This document shows, piece after piece, positions 11,925 to 23,939 of a stretch of DNA of 64,000 nucleotides. Numbering within the stretch: position 1 is the stretch's first letter; every line of letters starts with the position of its first letter. A model generated the notes under the pieces. It saw only the letters and a list, made by a program, of their open reading frames with translations. It searched no databases and was not told where the DNA came from. A program made the translations under genes and the position numbers. The stretch comes from Scenedesmus sp. PABB004 (Eukaryota): the NCBI GenBank assembly GCA_014905635.1, contig JABVCE010000052.1:1-64000 (forward strand), read 5' to 3'.

Positions 11925-12274
11925 CCGCGCGCGCAACACCTTTGGAGCGGCCGGCCGCGCCCCGCGTGTCGCGGCTCGCCGCCGGGGCTGGGCGCGTGGT
12001 GACGCGCGTGCCGCCGGTAACGCTGCATGGGAGTGGCTCACAATCATGACCGAAACAGCCAACACCTGCGCCGCGCCGCGCGGCCCGCGCGCGGACGCGA
12101 CAGGGTCTAGCGTCGCACAGCAGCGTCGCTCGCCGTGCGCGCGCTGCGGCGGCGCGCACACACACACAGCGCCAGGCGCCGCTACACCCGCCGGCCGGTG
12201 CAGCGCCAGGGCAGCGGCCGTGAGCATGTGCAGCGCGCTGGAGTGAGCGCGCAACGCGCCGCCCACACGAACAG

Positions 12275-13676
12275 ATGGCGGCGCCGCCCGAGCACATGCT
12301 CTTCTGCCACGCCTGCGGCGCGCGCTCGCCGCCGCCGGGTGGTCCCGAGGACACCGAGCTTGCCTGCCCTGCCTGCGCGAGCGGCGCGGTGGAGCTGGTG
12401 CCGGCAGCAGCAGCAGATGGCCAGGTCCGGTTTTGCGACCGCCGCGCCCGGGGGCCCTGCTCGGCGCCGCGCGACGCCGCGTGACGCAGCCACCGTCCCG
12501 CCCACGCAGGCCACGGCCATGGGCGCCGCGCGTGGCGGCCGCGGCGGGGGCGTGCAGCAGCAGCTCGGCCGCGCCGCCGCGGGCGCGCTGTCGGTGGACC
12601 TCGTGCTCGACGGCCTGCTGCGGGAGCTCAACGGCGCGCGCCCCACCGCGCAGTCGGCCATCGACGCGCTGCCGCGCCTGATCGTGCCGCCGGCGGCGGG
12701 CGACGCGGCGGGCGCCGACGCCGCGGCCGACGGCGCGGCCGGCCGCGCGTTCTGCGCGGCCGGCGAGCCCTGCTCGGTCTGCCACGAGGAGTTTGAGCCC
12801 GGCAGCGAGGTGATACAGCTCCCCTGTGGGCACTGCTTTCACGAGGCCGCGTGCGCGATACCCTGGCTGCGCGAGGTGCGGCACGGCAGCGGCGGTGCTG
12901 CCGCGCTGCGCGGGGGGGGGGGGGGGGATCCCTCCCTCGGACGCGCCTGCGCGGCGCGCCCGCCCGCACCAATGTTGACGCCGCCGTCACTGTCGCTGCG
13001 GCTTGCGCGCGCAGCACAACACGTGCCCGGTGTGCCGGCGCGAGCTGGAGGCTGGCGCTGCGCAGCAGCACCCGCACGGCGCCGCTGGCATGCACGAGCT
13101 GCTGGACGTGGTGCTGCAGCAGCTGATGAGCTGGACCACTGGCGGCGGGCCCCAGCAGGCGGCGCAGGCGCAACAGCAGCAGGCGCAGCAGGCGCCGCAG
13201 CAGGTGGCGCAGGAGCAGGCGCAGCAGCAGCAGGCGCAGCAGCAGCTGCCCCAGGAGCAGCAGGCGCAGGAGCGGCAGCAGCAGCAAGCAGGTCAGGGCG
13301 CGGCCGAGGCGGGCGAGTCGTCGGGAGCGGCCGCGGCGGGCGGGCACGGCGCGACGGCGGCGCTGGCGTCGCTGGCCGCCGCCGACAGCGTGATGGGCCA
13401 CGTGTTGGCGCTGCGCAGCAACATGGAGACCACGCGGTCCAGCCTCGGGCGCGTGGGCGCCAACCTGGCGCGCATCCAGGGCGCGCTGGCGGGCGGCGGC
13501 GGCGCCGACCTGGCGGGCCGCTACCAGGAGCTGTCGGCGGAGCGCACGGCGCTGGCAGGGCAGTACAACGCGCTGCTGGCCGAGGGCGACCAGGCGGTGG
13601 CGCGCCTGGACACGCTGCTGCGCGCCGCACGGCTGGGACAGGCGCAGGCTCAGCAGCAGCAGGCGCAGCAGGAGGC

Positions 13677-13753
<77 letters not shown>

Positions 13754-15504
13754 TGCAGACCCGGCACGGCGCGGGCTCCAGCAGTCCCACGGCCGCGCGG
13801 GGGAGCGGCGCCCTGCTGACGCCCGGCAGCGGCGCCGGCGGCCTCGGCAGGAGCAGCGTGCCCGCGCCCTCAGGGCGCCTGCCCGCGCAGCGGCCGCCCA
13901 CGCCGGACCGGCGTCGATCGCAGAGCCTCGGCAGCTCCCCCGTGGCCGCGCCGATGCTCGCGCAGCCGCCCGCCTCAGTCGGCGCGAGCATGCGCACCAG
14001 CTCCCTCCCCAGCGCGCTCGGCGCAAACAGCGGCGGCGGCGGCGGCGGCACCGGTGCTGTCGGGCTGCTGGGCGCGCTACCGCCGCTCCGGCACGCCAGC
14101 AGGGCCGCCGGCGGGCAGGACGGGGGCAGCGGCCTGGGCAGCCCCCTCGCCGGTGGCGGCGGCGGCGGCAGCGGCCAGCCCAGCCGGCTGCTGGGCAGCA
14201 GCCCGATGGCCGGCGGCGGCATGCGGCCGCCGGGCTTCTGCTCGCCCTCCTTCTACAGCAGCCGCCGCAGCCTGGACCGCGCGTCGAGCGCCGGCAGCGC
14301 GCCGGGCAGCGCGCCGGGCAGCCCGCACGCGCCGACCGCGCCGCCGGGCGCGTTCATGGCGCTCTTCCCGCCCCACGGCTTCAGCCTGCCGCCCGCGGCC
14401 ATCCCCGTCCCCGCGGGCGCCGGGCCGCAGCGCCCGGCCGGCGGCGGCGGCGGCAGCAGGTCGGGCACGCCGCAGCGCGGCCAGCACCGCCAGAGCAGGT
14501 CGGCGTCGTCCGCGGACGTCGCCGGCGGCGGCACGCCGCGCGCGGGGCCGAGCGTGGCCCGCGAGCTGCTGGGGCCGTCGCCGGGGCTCGCCGCTGCGTG
14601 GCGCGGCGGCCCTGGCGCGCCGGCCGACGGGGCCCCGCTGCAGCTGCAGCGAGGCGTGTGGGGCGACGACGGCGCGGACGGCGGCCAGCCGCCGCAGCCG
14701 CAGCAACAGCAGCCCCAGCAGGCGCCGCAGCCGCCGCAGCTGCAGCGGCCGCCCGTGCCGCCGCCCGCACCGCCGGCGTCGCACACGCCTGGCGACGCAC
14801 CGCTGCAGTTGCTGCAGCGCCGAAGCAGCAGCGGCAGCGCCGGCGCGGGAAGCTCGGGCCCCCTGCCGGCGGCGGAGCTGCTCGCAGCGGCGCTCACCAG
14901 CAGCAGCAGCAGCAGCCAGGCGCAGGAGCAGGGCGCACACGCGCCGGGCGTGGCGGCCGGCGTGCACCCGGCGGCGGCGCCGGCGCCGGCGCCGCCCGAC
15001 GGCGGGGTGCCGCGGCTGCAGGCCGACCTCGCCGACCTGATGGCGCAGGCGGACGCGCTGCTCACGGCGCCCGCCGCCGGGCAGGGCGAGCTCGAGCTGC
15101 GGCGGCAGCACATCGAGGCGCTCACCGCGGCCATCACGGCGACGACCGCCAGCCTGCGCGCGCACAGCGCCGCCGCCGCGGCGAGCAACACCGCGCTGGT
15201 GCGCGAGCGCCAGCTCGTCGCGGCCGAGGCCGCGCTCTGGGCGAGCGAGGCCGCGCTGCTGCGCCAGCGCGAGGCCGCGCTGCTGCTGCAGGCGCGCGCG
15301 CTGCGTGGCCGGCTGCACGTGTCGGCGCTCGCGCGCACGGCCGCCGCCGACGGCCGTGACGACGCCGACGCCGGCGGGAGCAGTGGAGGCGCCGCCGGCG
15401 GCGGCGCGCCGTGCCGCGCACACCCAATCGAGCTGTCCCCGGACGCGTCACCGCGGGCCGGCGCTGGCGGCGCGCTCGGCGGCGGCTGCGGCGGCGATCC
15501 GTGA
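12275..15504 (+). CDS. RING-H2 E3 ligase, RNF115/126-like (N-terminal zinc ribbon) with long Q/G/S-rich C-terminus
   Basis: FCHAC...CPAC..GAVE, then AIDALP, then CSVCHEEF...LPCGHCFH..C..PWLRE|HNTCPVCR. Confidence 0.85.
13678..13752 (+). repeat. (CAG)25 coding polyglutamine tract
   Basis: Uninterrupted CAG run in frame with the RING gene. Confidence 0.95.
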
Positions 15505-15751
15505 GCGGCGGGCATGGCGGCGCCCGCGGCGGGGCGCATGTCGGAGGTGCTCTCGTTGCTTCTGCGTCTTGTGCCACCCTTGTTACGTTGGCCGCCGCGC
15601 TGCTCCCCGCTTGACGGCACGCCAGGCGACGCGCGCGCCACGCCGGTTCGCCCCGCTCCCTCCGCGATCGCCAGTGCCAGTTCCGAGCGCGCCCGAGCGC
15701 TCCGCCGCCGCCTCGTCGCAGCCGCTGCAGCTGCAGCAGCACACCGCGTGG

Positions 15752-18238
15752 ATGGCGCCGCCGATCCTGGAGGCTCGGCTGGTGACCGATGCGCTTAGCC
15801 CTGACCACCGCGCGTACAAGACCTTTGCGCCCAGCGTCGCGGCGCTCGCCGCGGGTGAGCTGCGGCGGTGGCACCAGCCGGCCGCTGCTGCCGGGCCGAC
15901 AGCCGGCTGCCGGCTGTCGCTGCCACCTGCGCCCGCCGCCGCCTGCGCTGCCGCCCGTTGCTGCCAGCTGCGCCCGTCACCGCTGCCACCACCACCGCTG
16001 CGCCCCCATCCCGCCGCCCTGCCCGCAGTCACCCTCGCGCTGTTCTGCGCTTTCGTGGAGTACGAGGTGCCGGAACTCACCGCGGGCCAGGTGTCGCAGT
16101 ACTACAAGTGGCTGCTCGACGTGGAGGTCATGATCTACGTCGGTTTCGGGTTCCTCATGACCTTCCTGCGCCGGTGAGCGGCGGGCCCGCGCCGCCCGCG
16201 CGCGCGATGCCCGCGCCCACGCGCGCGCCACCCCGCGCGCGCGCCGCCCGCCGCGCAGGTACGGGCACAGCGCGGTGGGGCTCAACTTCTTCTGCTCCGC
16301 GCTGGTCACGCTGCTGGGCGTGCTGCTGATCGGCGGCGTGCAGCAGGTCCTGGGCAAGGGCGCGGCGCGCATCACGCTCGACCTGCCGCTGCTCATCGAC
16401 GCCACGTTTGCGGCGGGCTCGGCCATGATCGCGTTTGGCGCGGTGCTGGGCAAGACGACGCCGACGCAGCTCACGCTGCTGCTCGCGTGCATGGTGCCCT
16501 GCTACGCGCTCAACCAGCACCTCGTGTTCAACACGCTGCGCGCGCTCGACATGGGCGGCAGCATCACCATCCACGCCTTTGGCGCCTACTACGGCCTCGC
16601 CGCGAGCCTCGCCCTCTCAAACGGTGACACACGCTGACGCTCGCGCGCGCGGTGGCGCCGCCGCGGCGTCTTGGGGCCGCGCCGCCGTCGCCGCCGCCGC
16701 CGCCGCCGACGCCGTCCGGCCTCCCTCTCGCGTGCAGGGCGTCAGAGCTTTGCCGCCTACACGAGTGCCAACATCAAGAACTCTGCCTCGTACGTCTCCA
16801 ACCTCTTCAGCATCATCGGCACCCTCTTCCTCTTCATGTACTGTGAGCGCCTCCACGCGCCAGGGCGCGGCGGGCGGGGGCCGACAGGAACGCAGAGCGC
16901 GCGGCCGCGCGGCATGCTGAGCGCGGCCGCGCGGCGTGCGCGCACGCGTGCGTCGCAGGGCCGTCGTTCAACGGCGCGCTCGCGAGCATCGAGCTGCACG
17001 CCGAGGCGGCGGTCGCGGGGGGCCCCGACCCGCTGCGCATGCCGCAGCAATATTTTTGCGTTGTGAACACGCTGCTCAGCCTGCTCGGGTCGGTCCTCTC
17101 CACCTTTGCCGCGAGCAGCCTGCTGGGAGGCGGGAAGCTCGACATGATGCACGGTGACCACACGCACACGCACACGCGCCGCCCGCGCCGGCGGCGGAGC
17201 TGCGCTGCATGCGCGCGCCGCCGTGCCCACGCGCCCCACGCCCGACACACATCCCGCGCCCCCGCCGCGCTCAGTGCAAAATGCCACCCTGGCCGGCGGC
17301 GTGGCGATGGGCTCCTCGGCGGCGCTGCGGCTCAGCCCTGGCGGCGCGGTCGCGGTCGGCCTGTGCGCGGGCATCCTCTCAACGTGAGCTGCACGGGGCG
17401 GGCGCCCGGGGGCGGGGCGTGCGCGGCGTGCGCGCTGCCCTTGCGCGCACTGCCCTGCGCGCCGCCCGCCCTCATCCCCCCCCCTTTCCCCGCCCCGTGC
17501 CCACTCGTGCGCGCAGCTTTGGCTTTGCGCGCGTCGCGCCACTGCTGGAGGCCAAGATCGGCCTCGGCGACACCTGCGGCGTGCACAACCTGCACGGTGC
17601 GCACGCGCCGCGGCCGCCGCCCGCCTGTCCCCTCGCCCGCCTGCCTCGCGCGCACACCTCGTGCGCCCTCGGCTCACCCCCCCCCCCCTCGCGCGCACGT
17701 GTGCCGCCCCGCAGGCATGCCCGGCCTGCTCGGCGGCCTCGTGGCGGGGCTCGCGTCGTTCGGGCAGCTGCCCGGCGTGGCCCCGCACGGGCGCGCCCAG
17801 CTGGGCTTCCAGGTCCTGGCCCTGCTCTGCACCGTCGCGATCGCCGCCGGCAGCGGCGCGCTCGTCGGCGCCGTCGTCTCGCGCGGCGGGGACCGGCTCG
17901 GCGCGGCGGCGGCGGCGGCGCGGTCCAGGGCCGACCCCGACGCGGTGCTGGACAAGGGCGCGGCCGCGCTGGCGGTGGACGGGCTGGCGCTGTTTGACGA
18001 CGCGCTGTTTTGGAGCGAGGTGCCGCTGGAGACGCCCTTCTCGGGCGACCTCGGCAAGAGCTTCTCGCGCCGCAACGGCTCCTTCCACGCGCGCGGCAAC
18101 TCGGCGCACGGCGGCAGCAGCAGGGGCCAGGCCTACCAGTACGGCTCGGCGCACGGCCCCAGCGGCGGCGCGCCGCGCAGCGACGGCGCGCGCGCGGGCA
18201 CCGCGGTCAAGGCGGACCAGGGCCTCTACGGCGTGTGA
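15752..18238 (+). CDS. Rhesus (Rh50/RHP-like) ammonium/CO2 channel
   Basis: [69 protein letters not shown] (both pore His present), FDDALFW. Confidence 0.93.
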
Positions 18239-18690
18239 GGGGCGGGGAGGGGCAAGGGAGGGGGGGGGGGCTCGCTCGGTTTGGGGCGCTGACCTAGGCA
18301 TGCTGTGAACTCTGTCTTGTTGTGTTGTTGTGAGCGCGTGTGTCGCACGAGCAGCGCCAGGAACTCGCCTTGTCGTTCTTGGCTTCCGCAGAGCCCCTAG
18401 CGCCGGCCGTGTCCTTGTTGTCGTTCTAGGCTCCCACTGAGCCCCTAGCCCCTAGCCCCTGCCCGCATGCTCCGCCCTGAACGGGCCGCCTGGCGCGCGC
18501 CGCGCTCCTTCTTTCTCATAGCGGCGGCTCGCCGATTGCACTGTCCCAACCCGCGACGCAGCACCACCGCCGGCCTTGCTGCACTGCCAAACTGCGTGGT
18601 TGGTGGCGCCGCGGCGTGAGCGGGGCGAGGCGTACTTGATCGGTGTCGGCGCGGCGTGCTGTGTGTGCGCGCGAGCAGCGTGTTGGACGA

Positions 18691-18739
18691 TTAGGGTTGA
18701 GGGCTAGGGTTGAACCCCGAACCTAAACCCTGACCCAAA
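18691..18739. repeat. Interstitial head-to-head telomere-like sequence
   Basis: TTAGGG TTGAGGG CTAGGG TT followed directly by AACCCCG AACCTAAA CCCTGA CCCAAA. Confidence 0.7.
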
Positions 18740-18740
18740 G

Positions 18741-19117
18741 TGTTACGTTCACGCCCGCTGATGGCGCCGGCGCGCCAGGCGACGCGTGCGCCACGCCATT
18801 TCCCCCCTCTCTCCGCGATCGCCAGTTCCGAGCGCGCCCGAGCGCTCCGCCGCCGCCTCGTCGCAGCCGCTTCAGCTGCAACAGCGCGCCGCGCGATGGC
18901 GCCGCCGATCCTGGAGGCTGGGCTGGTGGCCGATGCGCTCGCCCCCGACCACCGCGCGTACAAGACCTTTGCGCCCAGCGTCGCGGCGCTCGCCGCGGGT
19001 GAGCGGCGGCGGTGGCACCAGCCGCCGCTGCTGCTATCCGCCGCTGCCAGCTGCGCCCGCCGCCGCCGCCGCCGCCGCCGTCCACCGACGCTGCCGCCCT
19101 CATCCCACCGCCCTGCG
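18741..19117 (+). pseudogene. Truncated duplicate of the Rh gene 5' region (upstream region, exon 1, part of intron 1)
   Basis: Similar to ~15581-16025. Encodes [34 protein letters not shown] followed by a GTGAG donor. No downstream Rh exons. Confidence 0.88.
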
Positions 19118-19136
19118 CGACAAACTTCCACCGCCC

Positions 19137-20020
19137 TCAGTCGACAAAGTTGCCGCCGCGCGAGTACTTGTCGCGCCGGCTCTCCACCATGCGCACGAGC
19201 TGCGGCAGCTGCTCCTCCCTGAACCGCGCCAGCAGGCCGGGGCTCTCCCACAGCAGCTCCACGACCTGCTCCCGCTCCATGCCCGCCGCCACCAGGCGGT
19301 CGACCGTGCCCTGCAGCGCGTCGACCGGCGCGGCAAGCACGTCCGTGTGGACGGGGATGATGCGCGCCGCGACGTCAGCGTTGCTCCACGGCCCCAGCTC
19401 CTTGAGCCAGGCGATCGCCGCGCCCGCGCGGTAGACGTCCGCCGCAGCCAGCTCGCTGCTCCGATACCGCAGGGCCCTCCACGCCGCGCCGCTGCCGAGG
19501 GCGTAGCCCTCAAAGAACGCGAGCCATTTGCTCACGGGCAGCGCCAGCACGCCCGGCGCGGCGGCGCACAGGCGCTGCACGTCCTGCGCGCGACGGCGAG
19601 GGGGTTCGGTGAGGCGCAGCACCCCGCCGCCGCCGCTGCCGTCGCGTCGGGGGACCTGCGGCCGACCGTGGAGCGGCAGTGCTCGACTGCGCCCCAGCTC
19701 ACTGCGGGCAGGAAGGCGGCGCTGAGCGCCTCGTAATTGGCCTGCACCTGCTCCTCCGACACGCCTGCGACCGCTGCCGCCGCCGCCTCTGCCGCCGACG
19801 GCTCCAGCGCGCTGGCGAGCGCGGGCGGCAGCGCCCGGCAGGCCGACCTGCTGCTAATGCTGCTGCTGCGGCTGCTGACTATGCTGCTTTTGATGTTGCT
19901 GCTGCTGCCGCTGCGGCTGCTGCGTGAGTGCCAGCTGCGTGCGGCGCCGCGCCGCGCCGCACGGCAGCGCAGCAGCGGCGCGCGCGGCAGCGCCGGCCCC
20001 AGCGCGCTGGCGGCCATCAT
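19137..20020 (-). CDS. mTERF-like repeat protein, probably organelle-targeted
   Basis: mTERF-like motifs (AAPGVLAL; DVLAAPVDALQGTVDRLVAAGMEREQVVELLWESPGLL). Aligns with the 30275-31222 protein. Intron donor position uncertain. Confidence 0.7.
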
Positions 20021-20360
20021 GGCGCGGCGGGAGACGGCCGGCGGGCGCCGAGCGACGTGGCGGCTCTGGGCGGCCTGTGAGCTCCCCAGCTCGCGTCCGC
20101 AGGCGCGGGCATCGTCAGTGACACTCGGGCTTTTCCTGCCACATCCGCGGTGCCTTCGCCGCGTGCAGGCGCCCAGCGCGCGCATTAGGTGACAGGCGCC
20201 CGACGCTGCTTCGCGCGGCCAGCCCCGTCCGGCTGCGCAGAGCGGCGGCCGGAGCAACGAGCCGCTGCGCCCGCCGCTGCCGCGCACCCCGCGCCAGCGG
20301 CGGCCATGCAGGCGCTCGCGCGGCAGCCCGGCGTGGGGCGCGCCCGCGGTGCCGGGGCCA
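19949..20360. repeat. ~412-bp direct duplication, copy B
   Basis: Near-identical to 8421-8834. Includes an orphan copy of the first ~18 PLR1 codons (MQALARQPGVGRARGAGA). Confidence 0.93.
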
Positions 20361-20494
20361 GGAACCGCTCCAGCAGCGCCTGGACGCGCGGCGAGGGCGG
20401 CCGGCAGCGGCGGCGGCGGCGCTGGCGGAGCTCGCCACGCGCGGCATGCGTGGTGAGCGGCCCTGCTTACAGGCAGAGAGCCGGGGCCCAGGGC

Positions 20495-23467
20495 TCAGAC
20501 GCTGGCGCCGTTCTCCTCCTCGCCGCTGCCGGCGCCGCCGCCCGGCGGCGTGCGCGGCGCCTTGTCGGGCAGCAGGCGCAGCCGCGCGTCCGCGCCCGCG
20601 CCGACCACCTCGGCGGCGAGGCCGTAGCGGCCCGCCATCTCGGCCTGGGCCTTGCGCACCAGCTCGCTGCGCGGCAGCAGCTCCACCGGCTGCTGCAGCG
20701 GCAGCACGATCGACTCTGCTGCCAGCCGCGCCTCCTCCAGCCCCTCCTCCTCCTCCGCCAGCGCGCGCGCCACGCCGCCGGCGCGCGGCCGCGGCGACGC
20801 GGGGCTGCTGCCCAGCGGCTCGTCGCCCTCCCCCTCGCTGCCCTCGTCGTCCGCGCTCGCCCCCGGGCTGGCGCCGGCGGCACTCGGGCTGCGCGGGACC
20901 CACTCGTCGTCGTCCATGCTGCCGCGGCTGCCAAACAGCCCGCCCGCGCTGGGCTCCAGGCCGAGCAGCGTCCTGAACGCGCGCACGAGGTTGGCGCTGC
21001 TGCTGCTCTTGATCGCGTAGACCGGCACGCCCGCCGCCCGCGACGCGGCGCGCAGCGACGCGTTGGCCTTGAGCCGCGACCGCACCGCCAGCACCGCGTC
21101 CGCCTCGGCCGGCCGCGGCGCGAGGTACACCTGCGCGCGCGCCGCGCTGCGTGACCGGCGCGCGCGCCACACGCGCCGCGCGTGCGCGGTGCGCGCCGTC
21201 ACCCCCCCCCCTCTGCACGCGACGCGGGCGCGGTGGGTCACCTTGTCGTGGAGGCCCATCGCGCTCATGACCTCCCACAGCCGCTCCTCGTCCAGCTCGG
21301 CCACGTGCAGCCGCAGCAGCGCGCCCTCGGGCGACTCCGCGCCCAGGCGCACCGCGCGCCCGCGCCGCGTGAGGGTGGGGCCTGCGCGGCGGGCGCGGGG
21401 CGGGTGAGCGCTCGCCCGGCGCGGCCGCTGCGCTGGCGCGGCCGGCGCCAGCGCCCGCAGCGGCGCTGCCGTGCGCCGCGCGCGCTCACCCGCGCCGGGC
21501 GTGAGGTCGGGCGCCTCGCTGCCAAACGCCCGCCCCCGCACAAAGCCGCCGCCGCCTCCGTCGAGCTCCGGCTCGCCGCCCGGCGCGCCGGCGCCGCCCG
21601 CGGCGCCCGGGCGGCGCAGCTCCGGCAGCACGCGCCCGGCGGGCCCGTCGCCGGGCGGCGCGCGCGCGCCGCTGCTGCGGTACTTGAGGATTGAGCCGTC
21701 TGGCGCGCGCTCGCGCACCTGGCCGCCGGGCGGCGCGCCCGCGAGCAGCGCGTCGACCGCGCCGCCGACGTCGGCGTACACCACCCACCGGCTGCGCTCC
21801 AGCATCTCCACCGCGACGTCAAACGTCGGCGGCGCCGCGCGCTCGAGGATCGACTTTTGCACGCCGCGCCGCTTCGCCTCGTCGTCGCCTGGCGGCGCGC
21901 GCGCGCGCGCGGACGGGCGGCGCCTGGTGGGCGGCGGCGCGCGCGCGGCACGCGGCGGGGTGTTGACCCCCCTCTCTCTCACCGAGCGTGACGCTCTGGA
22001 TGCCGCCGACGAGGTCGCAGAGCGCGGGGTTCTTGATGAGGTTGGCCAGCTCGTTGCCGTGCGCGGTCGCGACGAGCTGCACGCCGCGCTGCGCGATCGT
22101 GCGCGCGGCCGCGGCCTCGGCCTCTGTGCCGATCTCGTCGATGACCACGACCTGGGGCATGTGGTTCTCGACCGCCTCGATCATGGTGCGGTGCTGCACC
22201 TCGGGGTCGGGGACCTGCATGCGCCGCGCGCGGCCGATGCCCGCGTGCGGGACGTCGCCGTCGCCGCCGATCTCGTTGCTCGTGTCCACCACGACCACGC
22301 GCCGCTCCAGCTCCTCCGCGAGCAGGCGCGAGAGCTCCCGGATCGCGGTCGTCTTGCCCACGCCGGGGCGGCCCATGAACAGCACGCTCGCGCCGCTGCC
22401 CACCAGGTCGGCCACGAGCGCCGCGCTGCCGTGGATCGCGCGCCCCACGCGGCACGTGAGGCCCACGATGCGACCCGAGCGGTTGCGCAGGCAGCTGATG
22501 CGGTGCAGCGTCGCGTCGATGCCCGCGCGGTTGTCGCCGCCAAACTCGCCCACCTGACCACCCCGCGGCGGCGGCGGCGGCGGCGCAGGCGCGGCATGAG
22601 GCGCGGCATGAGGCGCGGCATGAGGCGGCGCGCGCGCGCGCGTGGGCCGCGGCAGCCCCGGCGCCCACGCCCCGCTGCGGCGCGGCGCCGCTGGCCCTGG
22701 CGCGGGCGCGGGCGCGGCGGGCGCTGCGCGGCGTGCCGCGTGCGCGTGCGCGGGGGGTTTCGCGCGCCTGCTCGACCGCGTAGTCCAGGTCCGCCTGCGC
22801 CACGGGCGCGTCGCTGAGCGGCTCGTCGGCGCCGGGGAAGCGCGCGAGCGGGGGGCGCCCCAGGTCCATGACCACCTCCAGCAGCTCGTACAGCCGCGCG
22901 TGGCCCTCCAGCGCGCCGCGCACTGCGACGAGCCACCGCGCCCGCCCGGCGGCGGCGGCGTCGGCGGCGGCGGCGGCGTCGGCGGCGTAGCTGCGCGGCG
23001 TGCGCGCGCGCGCGGCGCCCGCCGAGCCGTGCGCCGCGCCGCGCCGCTGCGCCGGGCTGCCCGCGCGGGCGCGCACCCGACGGCGGCAGCAGGCGCACGA
23101 GCTTCAGCGTCTCCTCAATCTCCTCCTCCCACTCGCGCTGCCGCTCCTCCGCGGCGGCGGCTTCGTCCGCGGCCGCGCCCGCGTCTGCAGCAGCGCCGGG
23201 CGACGCCGGCGCCGCCGTGGCCGCCGCCGCCGAGGCCGCGGCCGCGCCGCTGGCACCCGCGCGCGGCGCCAGGCGCGCGCCGCGCCGCGCCCGGCGACAG
23301 CAGGTCGCCGACGGGCCGCCCCAGCCCCAGGAGGCCAGCGCCGGCGCCGGCGCGGGAGCCGGCACGCGGGCCCGCGGCGGCGCCGGGGCCGCGGCAGCAG
23401 CGGCCCCGCCGCGCCCGCCACCACACGCCGCGCCGCGCGGCGCGGCGCTGCCGGCGCGCGTCCGCAT
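20495..23467 (-). CDS. Ycf45-like SpoIIIAA-type P-loop ATPase with C-terminal R3H-like region
   Basis: [27 protein letters not shown], Walker [63 protein letters not shown]. Confidence 0.9.
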
Positions 23468-23939
23468 GGTGCCGCGGGTGTCACGTGCGACCGGTGAGAC
23501 GGGACCGGGCGCAAGGGGCGCGGGAGGCGCGAGGGGGGCGAGCAGCAGCGCCAGGTGCTGCCGCCTGGCGCCTGCTAGCCTGCTGCGCTGGGCCGGGGGC
23601 GCGCCGTCAGGCGCTGTGTGTGGCTGTGCGCAGGTCGCGCACCGACGATCGCGCTGCGCCGCGAAACCGCGAAAGGTTTTCGATTTTGAAGATATACCTT
23701 GCCCATCGGGCCCGCCGCACTGGCCTCACACCCTCCGCGACCCCCTCAGCGCGCACAGCGCCCGGCGCAGCCGCCGCCGCGCCGCGCCGCGCGGCACGCC
23801 GCTCCGCGCCGCTCCGCCGCGCCCGCTCGCCGCCGCGGCCCGCCGCCACCGCCGCCACAGCCCGCCGCCGCTGGCGCAGCGCGGGCGGCGAGCAGCGAGC
23901 AACGCCGAGCGGCGGCGCAAGCCGCCCGCGGCGCGGCCC

